A stretch of 64,000 nt of DNA from a virus (Duplodnaviria; Caudoviricetes): IMG/VR virus record IMGVR_UViG_3300044712_001509, positions 1,279-65,278 of that record. One strand, given 5' to 3'. The notes under the pieces are model-generated. The model did no database searches and was not told where the DNA came from. It saw only the letters and a program-made list of their open reading frames with translations. Shown piece after piece: positions 36,145 to 45,900 of the stretch (position 1 is its first letter; every line of letters starts with the position of its first letter). Both the position numbers and the translations under genes were made by a program.

Positions 36145-36792
36145 ATGAAGCGCATCGCCCTCATCGCCATCGCCGCCGCGGCCCTCATCGGGCCCGGCCT
36201 GTCCGTCCACTTCCTCCCCGAGCCGACCGCGGACCAGCTCGTGGCTCCCTTCGCGACCATCAGCGCCAGCTTCGACGCCTACGCGGTTCCGACCGCGGGC
36301 ATGACCGACCAGGGCAAGAAGGACTACCTGGACGGCATGAACGTCACGACCAACGCCTTCGCCGTGATGTTCCTGACGAGCGCCTCGACGGCCTGGTCGG
36401 GGTCCACCACGATCGCCAGCATCTCCGGGGCGGAGGTCGCGTCCTTCGGGTCGAACGCGTCCTGCACTGGGAGCGGCTCCCCGATCGCGTGCTGCACCGG
36501 CACCGGCACCGGCAACTGCGTGTACACCGCGGGCGGCACCGGGTATCCGCTCTCCGGCCGGTCGTCCTCGATCTCGGCGAACCACGCCTGCGTGACCTGG
36601 AACAACCTCCTGTTCAGCGCGACTCCTTCCCAGGTCCGGGCCATGGCGCTCGTCAATCCGGCCACGAGTCACGTCCTGAGCATCCACTGCACGGACGGCA
36701 CGGCGAGCGGCTCGCCCTGCGCGGCGGACACCACGAACCAGGGCGGCACCCTCGGCATCACGATGCCCAGCGGCCTCAACTGCGTGAACTGA
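36145..36792 (+). CDS. Phage fibre subunit-like protein with signal peptide and Cys-rich inserts
   Basis: KKDYLDG, FAVMFLTS, EV..., YTAGG, VRAMALVN, GTLGITMPSG; MKRIALIAIAAAAL. Confidence 0.7.
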   Translation: MKRIALIAIAAAALIGPGLSVHFLPEPTADQLVAPFATISASFDAYAVPTAGMTDQGKKDYLDGMNVTTNAFAVMFLTSASTAWSGSTTIASISGAEVASFGSNASCTGSGSPIACCTGTGTGNCVYTAGGTGYPLSGRSSSISANHACVTWNNLLFSATPSQVRAMALVNPATSHVLSIHCTDGTASGSPCAADTTNQGGTLGITMPSGLNCVN

Positions 36793-36802
36793 GGCGGCCC
36801 CA

Positions 36803-36988
36803 GTGCTCAGGACCGCGCTCGTCGCGGTGGCGCTCCTCGCCGGGTGCGCCACCGCGAAGCCGCAGCATCAGGTCGCCACCATCGCCCCGGCGAGGGCAGA
36901 GGCGGTCGCGGGGCAGGTCTTCGGGCCGCCCCGCGACGTGGTGGTCAGGATTCAGCCGGCCTACGCTACCGGCGCCCAGAACCGCTGA
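36803..36988 (+). CDS. Small lipoprotein
   Basis: LRTALVAVALLAG-C lipobox; GAGG RBS. Confidence 0.55.
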   Translation: MLRTALVAVALLAGCATAKPQHQVATIAPARAEAVAGQVFGPPRDVVVRIQPAYATGAQNR

Positions 36989-36999
36989 CGGAGGACACG

Positions 37000-39852
37000 A
37001 TGCGCCGCCTCGCCCTTCTCGCGCTGGCCGCAGGGGCGGCCATCGTCGCCCTCTCGACCTCGGCGCTCCAGCCCTACAAGGCGCCGGTCGACTACCACGA
37101 CCCGACCGCCGTCTCGAACGAGCCCATCACCGTCACGACCGAGGACGGCGTGCCGGTGGCCTATCTCGCCGAGGCGCCGCTCGACCCGGCGCAGGGCGGG
37201 ACCATCTCGGTCACGCTCGGCGGCGCGGGATTCACGCGCGTCACCGGGACGCCGGCCGCGGGCCAGTACCGGATCCGAACCCAGGTGCTCCCGGGCGGTG
37301 CCTTGGAGTACATGCCGGTCCTGGTTCTCAACGCGGCCGACCTCGGCAAGACCGGGACGGCCTCGTACTGGGGCACCGGTTCCATCGTTCACCGCGGCAC
37401 GTTCCGCTCGCTCATCGGCAACGCGTGGGACCTGATGGGCGTGGCGGTGCAAACCGCCGACTGCACGACCTCGCCGCCAGCCGACCAGATCACCTACGAC
37501 CAGTGGAAGTCGGGGGTCTCCGGCCACTGGGCGTGCTGGCAGATCCCGTCCTCGAGCGGCTCCTCGACCTCCACGGTGACGGTGGCCTACGGCGCCGGGT
37601 ACGCCGGGGTCATCTCGGTCCAGGCCAACGACGCCGTGACGCTGCTCCAGGCAGCCGGGACGGGCGTGGCGGGCGCTATCACGGCGACCGCCAGCTCCGC
37701 CGGAGGTTCGAACGCGACCATCCTCGTGAGCTACGCCGCCGGCGCTGCCGGGATCGTCACGGCGGTCGTGTCGGCGTCTCGCGCGATGCCGGCGGCGACC
37801 GGAACGGGGGCCGCGGGGGTGCTCTCGACCTCGCTGGGGTTGGCGCGCACGCTCGTGGGCGCCACGGGGGCGGGGGCCGCGGGCACCATCACGGCCACGG
37901 CGAACAGCAGCGGAACCGCGCTCGCGATCCGCTCGGGCTTCCCGGTGGTCGTGAGCCAGGACACGCGGTCGGTCCCGTACACGATCACCACGGCGAGTTT
38001 CAACGCCAACGCGGGAGACACCCTCGTCGCGTTCGGCACGGCGTACACGCTCCCGGTCCTGACCGGCTCCTCGCTGCGCTGGGTGCCCCGTGCGCTCGCG
38101 CGTGCGCAGAACGACCAGGCGCGCCAGGTGGCGGTCTACACGGCGGTCGTCCCGGCCGGCGGCGTGACCGGCGAGACCATCTCATTGACGGTGCCCACCG
38201 TGCAGGAGTGGGACACCTCGCCCATCACGTCCACGACCGCGTCGGCCTCGCAGATCCAGGTCTTCGCGTTCGACAACTCGGCGGGCGTCGGGAGCGTGAA
38301 GTGGCGCGGGGACGTGGTGGCCGGCGACACGCCCGCGCTCACGATGAAGGCGAACGCTACGGGGTCGATGTTCCTCGTGGGCGGCGGGATCTGGGACATC
38401 GCGTGGACGCCAGACGCGAACACGACGCTGGTGGGGTCCGCGTTCAACGGGCACCTAGGTGTGATGCGGCGGACCGCTGCGGCGCCCGGAAACGTCACCA
38501 TCGGAGCCACTGGCACGGCCGCCTACTGGGCGCTGGCCGGCATCGAGGTTCTCCCGTCCACGGCGACGGCACCGACAAAGAAACTCCTCGTGTTGGGCGA
38601 CTCGGGGGTGGAGTCGAACAACTCCACGACCCCGTGGCCCCCGCTGGTGCAGGAGTCCCTCGGCGCAGACTGGGCGCTCTACGATGGCGGCGTGTGGTGG
38701 GCTGTCTCCCCGCACGTCCGCACGCGCTGGGCGAGCACCTGGAGCAAGGAGACGTGGGATATGGTGGTGCTGCACGTCGGTTCGAACGACGTGACCAACC
38801 ACGGCGTGCTCTACACGACCGACTGGGCAGCGGTCGCCTCGTCCATTGCGACCGCGGTCGGTCAGAACCGCTACATCGTGCAGACGATCCAGGCAACGCA
38901 GTGGTACGGGATGTCGGGGGCGGGGGCCTACGACACGGCCGACGCCGCGCAGCGCTCCAACGCGCCCTCCGGCGCGCACTTCTTCGACTGGGCGGCTGCG
39001 CTCGGGACGAGCGGCCCCACGGTGATGTCCACGTACATGTCTTCGGACGGCCAGCACTGGAACGACTCGGGCAACGCGCACATCGCGGACGAGTTTGTCA
39101 CGGAGATCAACTCGCTGATGGCGCTGCCCGCGAACCCAGTTCAGCCGGCATGGGGTGCAGCCGGTGCCGTTGCCAACGTGGACGGCTCGGGGAGCATCAG
39201 TCTGGCCAGTCCCACCGGCGTGACTGCCGGGGACATCCTCATCGCGGCCATCGGTGGGGGTTACACGTCGCTACCGCCATCCACGATCACGGACGGAAAC
39301 GGCAAGGCGTGGGCGCGCAAGGGCGCCATCAGTGGAGATGCGGGCGCCGGGATGGTCGTGTACTCGCGGCGCGCGGACGGCGGGGAAGCGTCCAGCACCA
39401 CGTTCACGGGGCTCAGCACCGCGGGTCTGGAGGGGGTGGCGTTCCGGGTCAGCGGTGTCACGGCAACAGGTGACGGGTTTGATCCTGGGTTCAACTCCAC
39501 GGGCGCCGCCCCGGGCCTCGGCTCGTTCTCGGACAAGCTGGATTTCTCTGCCTCTGCCGCAGGCGCGGTCGCGGCGGACAAGGATCTCATCGTCGTGGCC
39601 TGCGCGGTGCGGGCGACCGACAGCGGTGCTACCGGTTCCATCACCAGCGTCACCCCGCCGACGGGACCAGCGACGACCCTTGGCGCGAGCGGGTGGACTG
39701 GGAGCGCTGTCTCAGGCTTCGGCATGATCGGAATTGGCGTCTGGTATGGCACGAAGTCGGGCTCGGGCAACTCGCTGAACGCCCCGTTCTCGTGGGTGGG
39801 CCAGGGGGACGGGCCAGGTACAACCTGCGTGCAGATGGCGTTGAAGCAGTGA
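37000..39852 (+). CDS. Secreted multidomain protein with 22-aa repeats and an SGNH/GDSL hydrolase
   Basis: Signal MRRLALLALAAG; LGDS, HVGSND, DGQHWN. Confidence 0.8.
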   Translation: MRRLALLALAAGAAIVALSTSALQPYKAPVDYHDPTAVSNEPITVTTEDGVPVAYLAEAPLDPAQGGTISVTLGGAGFTRVTGTPAAGQYRIRTQVLPGGALEYMPVLVLNAADLGKTGTASYWGTGSIVHRGTFRSLIGNAWDLMGVAVQTADCTTSPPADQITYDQWKSGVSGHWACWQIPSSSGSSTSTVTVAYGAGYAGVISVQANDAVTLLQAAGTGVAGAITATASSAGGSNATILVSYAAGAAGIVTAVVSASRAMPAATGTGAAGVLSTSLGLARTLVGATGAGAAGTITATANSSGTALAIRSGFPVVVSQDTRSVPYTITTASFNANAGDTLVAFGTAYTLPVLTGSSLRWVPRALARAQNDQARQVAVYTAVVPAGGVTGETISLTVPTVQEWDTSPITSTTASASQIQVFAFDNSAGVGSVKWRGDVVAGDTPALTMKANATGSMFLVGGGIWDIAWTPDANTTLVGSAFNGHLGVMRRTAAAPGNVTIGATGTAAYWALAGIEVLPSTATAPTKKLLVLGDSGVESNNSTTPWPPLVQESLGADWALYDGGVWWAVSPHVRTRWASTWSKETWDMVVLHVGSNDVTNHGVLYTTDWAAVASSIATAVGQNRYIVQTIQATQWYGMSGAGAYDTADAAQRSNAPSGAHFFDWAAALGTSGPTVMSTYMSSDGQHWNDSGNAHIADEFVTEINSLMALPANPVQPAWGAAGAVANVDGSGSISLASPTGVTAGDILIAAIGGGYTSLPPSTITDGNGKAWARKGAISGDAGAGMVVYSRRADGGEASSTTFTGLSTAGLEGVAFRVSGVTATGDGFDPGFNSTGAAPGLGSFSDKLDFSASAAGAVAADKDLIVVACAVRATDSGATGSITSVTPPTGPATTLGASGWTGSAVSGFGMIGIGVWYGTKSGSGNSLNAPFSWVGQGDGPGTTCVQMALKQ

Positions 39853-39860
39853 GGGACGCG

Positions 39861-41336
39861 ATGCGCGCGCTCGCCACGGCTCTCCTGATCTCGTTCGCCA
39901 CGGTCGCGTCCGCCGCGCCCGCCACGGCGCACGACGAGATATGGCAGGGGTACGTCCCGGCCTTCGACGACACCACGACCGCCGTCCGGCTGGGGATGGA
40001 CCCGGCTCCGGCCGGGACCTGGGCTGGCGGCGCCTACAAGGACTCGCGCACAGTCTGGGGCACGATCGCCGGGCGGGGCCCGATGTACGTCGTGAGCCGG
40101 AAGCGCGGGTTCACGAACATGGCGCCGGCCATCGCGACGGTCGGGCCTCTCGACGCCAACGGCTACGGGCGTTCCGTGGCGCCGTTCTACGGCGCGAACA
40201 AGTGGATCGGGTCCACCTTCGCGCCTGACCAGATCAGTGAGGTGACCTACAACCCGATGTTCGACGCCGACTCGGGGAACGCTGTCCGCATGAGCGACGC
40301 CGGGTTCTACGGGTCGGCCATGTGGTACTCGAACACGAACGGCCCCTACGACCCTGGCGCCCTGGGGCAGCTTGAGTCCGGGTGGGTGGTCTGCCAGGTC
40401 TTCCGCTACAACGGCTCGACCAAGACCGTCCTCGCGCAGTTCCTCGTCAACGGCTGGCTCTACGCCTCGGACTGGACATCGTTCCTGTCGCTTCAGGTGT
40501 GGGGCCACAACCCGGTCCACCTCCGGCTCGTGCTGAAGCAGGCGAACGAGCTGGCTCTCGCCGGCGCCGGCCTCGACGATGGCACGAGCCACGGAACGCT
40601 GCCGGGGCCGGGGACGCTGCTGCCCTACGCCCCGTGGGGCTCGGGCGGCGTCTACTTTACCTATGCCGGCTCGAATCATGCGTGGGCGACGGGGGACTAC
40701 ACCACCGGCGGCGGCGGGACGGTCGGAGGCGACGGGACGCACTGGACTGGCTGGGCGAACGCGCAGGCCCCGATCACCATGCGCGACGGGTACGTGATCG
40801 TGCCCTACGGCGACCCGCAGACGATCCTCCCGCAGATCGCCTCCCCGCCCGACGACTCCGCGATCATCCCGATCGGCGACCCACTGTGGAACATCAACGG
40901 CCAACGCAGCCTCGTGGTCTGGGAGGGGACCGACTCGTCGGCCGGCGCCCTGCTCTCGGGGCAGCCCGGCATCTGGGGCGACCCGTTGACCACGAGTTCC
41001 GGACCCAACGGCGGCGTGATGAAGTTCTGGGCGCGCGACATAGCGGACCGCCTCACGGCGAGGTACGTCTCGACCGTCGGCAGCACGAAGACCATCGGCG
41101 GCTACCGCGCGCCGGGCGACACGATCACGGTCTCGGGCTGGACGGTCTCCTACCCCGACTCGATCTCCTGGCAGGCGACGACCACGGCTACCGTCTCCTC
41201 GGCCACAGCTACCGACGCTGCCACGAGCGAGTCGGCCACGGTGAGCATCCCATCGGCCTCGGGCATCACCGGAGTGCAGGACTCGCGTGTGTTCGACGGC
41301 TCCTCGTGGGCGCCGTCCTGGCCCAAGGCGCTCTGA
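39861..41336 (+). CDS. Secreted Gly/Trp/Tyr-rich beta protein of unknown function
   Basis: Signal MRALATALLISFATVASA; GAGGG RBS. Confidence 0.75.
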   Translation: MRALATALLISFATVASAAPATAHDEIWQGYVPAFDDTTTAVRLGMDPAPAGTWAGGAYKDSRTVWGTIAGRGPMYVVSRKRGFTNMAPAIATVGPLDANGYGRSVAPFYGANKWIGSTFAPDQISEVTYNPMFDADSGNAVRMSDAGFYGSAMWYSNTNGPYDPGALGQLESGWVVCQVFRYNGSTKTVLAQFLVNGWLYASDWTSFLSLQVWGHNPVHLRLVLKQANELALAGAGLDDGTSHGTLPGPGTLLPYAPWGSGGVYFTYAGSNHAWATGDYTTGGGGTVGGDGTHWTGWANAQAPITMRDGYVIVPYGDPQTILPQIASPPDDSAIIPIGDPLWNINGQRSLVVWEGTDSSAGALLSGQPGIWGDPLTTSSGPNGGVMKFWARDIADRLTARYVSTVGSTKTIGGYRAPGDTITVSGWTVSYPDSISWQATTTATVSSATATDAATSESATVSIPSASGITGVQDSRVFDGSSWAPSWPKAL

Positions 41337-41347
41337 TCGGAGGATGC

Positions 41348-44300
41348 GTGAAGCGGCTCCTCATCGCCCTGCTCCTCCTGGCTCCGGCCGCGGCGTCGGC
41401 GCAGACGACCACGCACGGGATCACGATCCCCTCGGGGCACCCGCGCATCCTGTTCTCGGACCCGACGCGGCTCGCGGCAGCGCGCGCGTGGTACGCCGCG
41501 CACCCGTTCACCCGCGACGGCGACCCGGTGTGGAAAGGCCCCTACGTCTACGGGCAGATGGCGCTTCGCTCCCTTCTCAGCCAGAACGCCGCGGACGGAT
41601 GCACCGAGGCGATCGTCTGGCTCAAGGCGTACGACATCACGAACCCGCAGCACCTCACCGCCTACAACTACCTCGGCGGACAGGACTACGTGCGGTGGGC
41701 GCTGCCCTACGGCCCGATGGTCTACGATTGGTGCTACCAGTGGATGACCCCGGCGGACCGCGCCGCCGCGATCACGATGTGGAACGCGAACCAGACCGCC
41801 GCGGAGGCGTACGACCAGCCGCTCTTTGACCTTGGCGGGATCGACTTCAACAACGGCTCCCGCGCCGGCCCGTTCGGCAACTACTACACCGGCATGGAGG
41901 CGGCGCATTGGTACTGGGCGCTGGCGTCCTACGATCCCGACCTGAACGCGACGGTGGCCGAGTCGTGGCTCCACAACGCCGCAGACCTCCGCATGGTCGG
42001 GGAGTTCGAGCCCTACGCGAACACGAGCATGGCGGGCGGCATCAACTCCGAGAGCGGCCATTACGGGCAGTACGCCCGCGACTACCGGTTGATCCCGCTG
42101 GAGTCCGCGCGGCAGATGGGGCGCGATGTCTTTGCGGAGACGCCTTGGTGGCTCGCGTCGGTGTACGCGATGGTCTACGCGGCCCCACCCGCGCAGAGCA
42201 CCCAGTACCACGGGCCGTGGGGGACCACGCCAGCATCCACGACCGCTTCATGGGACTACTTCCCGTTCGGAGACGAGGAGTTCTGGAACACGAACGACGG
42301 TGGCGGCGATCAGGCGAAGTACGCCTCGCTCGGCAACTTCATGACGTGGGCAGCGACGCGCTGGAACGGCACGAACGCGGGCGGCTTCGCTGCGCAGTTC
42401 CTCGCGTCCGTCGCGCCCAGCGCGGACTACTATCACCAAGCGTACGCCAACCTCCCGGCGGCACGCTCGTTCACGAACCTACCGCTCGACTACTACGCGA
42501 AGGGCCCGGGATTCTTCTACGGGCACTCGCACAGACCGTGGACGAGCGGCACCTCATTCGCGATCCAGATGGGATGGGGCTGGGTTGAGTCGGGGCACGG
42601 TCACGCCGACTATGGGACGTGGCAGCTCTGGCGCGGCGGTCGCTGGGTCAGCCGCGAGACGACCTACTTCGCGGGTACTGGGCTCGCGGGCTACGGCGGG
42701 TCGGGCACGGCGACGACCTTTGACACGGTCATGCACAACGGTTTGCTCGTCGGGGGCCAGGGGAGCAGCACGAGCCAGCCCGGCCGCAACCGACAGTTCC
42801 CGGTCCCGACGCGCGTCGAGTCTCAGCCGGGCTACGCCTTCGCCTCGGTGAACATCGGGCCGACCTATACGAACGTCACGAGCGCGGTTCGCGATTTCGT
42901 CTTCGTCCGCGATCTGGAGGCACTGATCATCCTCGACCGCGTGAACGCCTCGTCAGCCCTGACGCGCGCCTCGACGGTCCACTGCGAGCAGCAGTGGGCA
43001 TCCACGAGTTCCTCGCGTCGGACGTGTTCGCTCACGACCGGGACTGCCCAGACTCTCGTGGTGGACTCCCTCCTCCCGGCGGCGCCGACCTTCCGCTCCA
43101 TCTACGAGAACGGCGGCAGCGAGTCGAACCATATCGGGCAGTACCGCCTGGAGATCGAGGACAGCCCCGGCACCGCACAGTCCTACCTGCTGACCGTGGT
43201 GCAGGCCAACGGAGCGTCGCCGTTCACGCCGACGATCACCACCAACGACACGACGACCATCGTCGTCGACCTCAAGAGCGACGGCACACACCTCGTCACG
43301 TTCGCCAAGGGCATGACGAGCACGGGCGGCAGCGTCACGATCTCGGGCACGACAACGAACCTCCGCTCCGACGTCCAGGGGATGACGGTCTCGACCGACG
43401 GCGTGGTCTGGGACGGCCAGGCGCCCACCACCACGAACGTCACCGTGTCCATCGTCGGCGCCTCCGGGGCGGGCGTGGCGGGGCAGATCGTGACGCCGAA
43501 CCGCACCGCGACGCTCGTGGGCGCGACTGGCACGGGCGTGGCCGGAACGGTGACGGCGACGGCCTCCGGCAGCGGGACCGGGACGACGTGGTACGTGGGG
43601 CCCGGCCGGACCTACACCACCGTCGCCGCAGTGCAGGGTCTCGTCCAGCCCGGGGACCTCGTCCTCATCGACGGCGGGAACACCTACGGCTCGACCACGA
43701 TCACCGGCGGCGGCACGGCCGGCAACCCGGTGACCTACCGCGGCACAGGCAGTGGAGCCGGGCGCCCCACCTTCTCGGGCGGCACGAACACGATCCAGAT
43801 CGACGCCGATCACGTCGTGGTGGACAACGTCATCGTGACCGGCGGATCCTCGCGCTGCATCTTCTACACGAGCGACGACGTCACGGTGCGCAACTCGCAC
43901 ATCACCGCCTGCCCGCAGCACGGCATCCTGTCCTCGGACCTCGGCTCGGGCTCGGCCGTGGTCGAGTACAACGAGATCGACCACTGCGGCTCGGGCTCGA
44001 CGCGCCACCCCGTGTACGTCACCTCCGACCAGTCGGCGCACCCGGGCGCGGTCTTCACCTTCAGGTACAACTACACGCACGATCAGAACGGCGGCCACAC
44101 GCTCAAGACGCGCGCCCAGCGCACCGAGATCCTCTACAACTGGATGGAGGGCTCGTTCTACCGCGACCTCGAGTGCGTCGGCGCCGACACCCAAGGCACG
44201 GGGGCGGTGAAGCTCTACCCCCAGCACTGCGAGCTCATCGGCAACGTGATCCGCAAGACGACGGCGAACGTGCAGGCGGGGCTCCGCTTCGGCACCGACG

Positions 44301-45895
44301 GCACGAGCGGCAGCAACGGCCAGGTCCGCCTCGTGAACAACACGATCCTACGGGAAGCCGGGACGGGGCCGACCATCTACCTGATGGGCGACACCACGGG
44401 CGGGCTGGAGTCCATCGAGCTGCACAACAACGTCTTCTACGCGACGAACGGCACGCCCGACGTGCTCTCCGACGTCGACCTCGGCGCGTACTGGGTCGCG
44501 GGTCGTCAGGTCGCCGGGTCGAACAACTGGACGGAGACGGGGAGCACCGAGGTCCCGAGCGAGTGGACCGGCACGGTCACGGGTGCCGACCCCGGGTTCA
44601 CGACCTACCTGTCGAACATGACGCCGACCTCGGGGAGCGCGCTGCGCGACGCGGGCGGCTCCGCCACATCCTACCCGGCGGGCCACCAGTTCCCCTCGCC
44701 GCTCACGACGCTGCCGCAGTACATGCCCGCTACGCAGACCGTCGTCGCCTCCGCCGCGGCGCGGCCGACGAGCGGGACCATCGACATCGGCGCGTTCGAG
44801 TACAACGCCGGCGGCGGCACGAACGTGACCGCGAGCCCGGCCGGCGCAACGGGGACGGGCGTCGCTGGCGTCCTATCGTCCGCGGGCGGCGCGACGCGCA
44901 CCCTGGCCGTCGCCGCGGGGGCGGGGGCTTCGGGGACGCTCGTCACCGCGGCGGGTGCGACGAGCGCCATCGCCTCGGCCGCCGGGGACGGCACCGCGGG
45001 CCAACTCTCCGTCGTGGCCCAGGGCACCGCCGCCTGGTCGGGCCCTGTGATCCCGCGCGGGGCCCGCGTCGGGCTGTCCTACCTCGCCGGTCCCTGGTCC
45101 GCCCCGATCCCGGTCAGCTCGAGCCCCGCCGGCGCGGTCGGCACCGCGGTGGCGGGCGTCATCACCAGCTCCGCCGGCGCCGTCTCGGCGCTCGCGGGCG
45201 CGAGCTCCACGGGCGCGGCGGGCGTCATCGTCGCCGCCGTCTCGGCGCTCGCCCCCCTCGTGGCCGCGGCGGGCGTCGGCACGGCGGGCGCCCTCTCCAC
45301 CTCCGTCGGGATCGTCGCGACGCCGGCCGGGGCTTCCGCGGCGGGGCTCGCCGGCATCATCACGGCGGTCGGCAACACGGTCGGCGGATCCACCGCTGTT
45401 CTCTCCGGTGCGTCGGCGACCGGGGCGGCGGCGTCGGTGCTCTCGGCGGCCGGGGCGCTCAACTCTGTGGCGGGCGCCTCTACGACCGGGGCGGCATCAA
45501 CGATTGCCTCGGTGGCCAGTGCTGTTGCCCCGATCGCCGGCGCAGGTGGAGTCGGCTCGGCGGGGGTCCTGACCAGCATCAGCTCGGCCGTCGCCACCGT
45601 GGTTGGAGCGTCCGCTCCGGGCTACGCTGGAACGGTGACGACCACCGCGAGTGGCCCGACCGGCGCAGTGACGGTCAGCATCGCCGCCGCGATCTCCGTG
45701 GGGGTCGCTGGACAGGCGGTAACCGCCGCCGGAGCCGTCGTGACCCTGGCTGGCGCCGCCGGAACCGGGTATGCCGCAGCGCTGCCCAGCCCTTGGGGCG
45801 ACCTCGACCACGCGCCGAGGTTCATCGTCAAGACGCCGCGCCCGGGCATCACCGTGCCGGTCCCGCGCCCGGCCATCACCGTCGAAGGGAGGTAG
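41348..45895 (+). CDS. Secreted 1515-aa fibre scaffold with heparinase II/III-like lyase and beta-helix domains
   Basis: Signal (M)KRLLIALLLLAPAAASA; HPRILF, GHGHAD, HNGLL; WYVGPGRTY, DIGAFEY; about 15 repeats of 22 aa. Confidence 0.85.
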   Translation: MKRLLIALLLLAPAAASAQTTTHGITIPSGHPRILFSDPTRLAAARAWYAAHPFTRDGDPVWKGPYVYGQMALRSLLSQNAADGCTEAIVWLKAYDITNPQHLTAYNYLGGQDYVRWALPYGPMVYDWCYQWMTPADRAAAITMWNANQTAAEAYDQPLFDLGGIDFNNGSRAGPFGNYYTGMEAAHWYWALASYDPDLNATVAESWLHNAADLRMVGEFEPYANTSMAGGINSESGHYGQYARDYRLIPLESARQMGRDVFAETPWWLASVYAMVYAAPPAQSTQYHGPWGTTPASTTASWDYFPFGDEEFWNTNDGGGDQAKYASLGNFMTWAATRWNGTNAGGFAAQFLASVAPSADYYHQAYANLPAARSFTNLPLDYYAKGPGFFYGHSHRPWTSGTSFAIQMGWGWVESGHGHADYGTWQLWRGGRWVSRETTYFAGTGLAGYGGSGTATTFDTVMHNGLLVGGQGSSTSQPGRNRQFPVPTRVESQPGYAFASVNIGPTYTNVTSAVRDFVFVRDLEALIILDRVNASSALTRASTVHCEQQWASTSSSRRTCSLTTGTAQTLVVDSLLPAAPTFRSIYENGGSESNHIGQYRLEIEDSPGTAQSYLLTVVQANGASPFTPTITTNDTTTIVVDLKSDGTHLVTFAKGMTSTGGSVTISGTTTNLRSDVQGMTVSTDGVVWDGQAPTTTNVTVSIVGASGAGVAGQIVTPNRTATLVGATGTGVAGTVTATASGSGTGTTWYVGPGRTYTTVAAVQGLVQPGDLVLIDGGNTYGSTTITGGGTAGNPVTYRGTGSGAGRPTFSGGTNTIQIDADHVVVDNVIVTGGSSRCIFYTSDDVTVRNSHITACPQHGILSSDLGSGSAVVEYNEIDHCGSGSTRHPVYVTSDQSAHPGAVFTFRYNYTHDQNGGHTLKTRAQRTEILYNWMEGSFYRDLECVGADTQGTGAVKLYPQHCELIGNVIRKTTANVQAGLRFGTDGTSGSNGQVRLVNNTILREAGTGPTIYLMGDTTGGLESIELHNNVFYATNGTPDVLSDVDLGAYWVAGRQVAGSNNWTETGSTEVPSEWTGTVTGADPGFTTYLSNMTPTSGSALRDAGGSATSYPAGHQFPSPLTTLPQYMPATQTVVASAAARPTSGTIDIGAFEYNAGGGTNVTASPAGATGTGVAGVLSSAGGATRTLAVAAGAGASGTLVTAAGATSAIASAAGDGTAGQLSVVAQGTAAWSGPVIPRGARVGLSYLAGPWSAPIPVSSSPAGAVGTAVAGVITSSAGAVSALAGASSTGAAGVIVAAVSALAPLVAAAGVGTAGALSTSVGIVATPAGASAAGLAGIITAVGNTVGGSTAVLSGASATGAAASVLSAAGALNSVAGASTTGAASTIASVASAVAPIAGAGGVGSAGVLTSISSAVATVVGASAPGYAGTVTTTASGPTGAVTVSIAAAISVGVAGQAVTAAGAVVTLAGAAGTGYAAALPSPWGDLDHAPRFIVKTPRPGITVPVPRPAITVEGR

Positions 45896-45900
45896 CCTCC

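Noticed and set aside
35421-39473. Very long alternative-frame ORFs (e.g. 35421-39473, 20422-23088, 57134-59575, 5307-7880)
   Set aside because: Arg/Pro/Gly-rich shadow frames expected at this GC content; they overlap well-supported genes.
40382-41347. Upstream extensions in the ORF track that hide signal peptides (starts 36844, 39693, 40382, 42994)
   Set aside because: The extensions overlap other genes; RBS-supported starts are 37000, 39861, 41348 and 45901.
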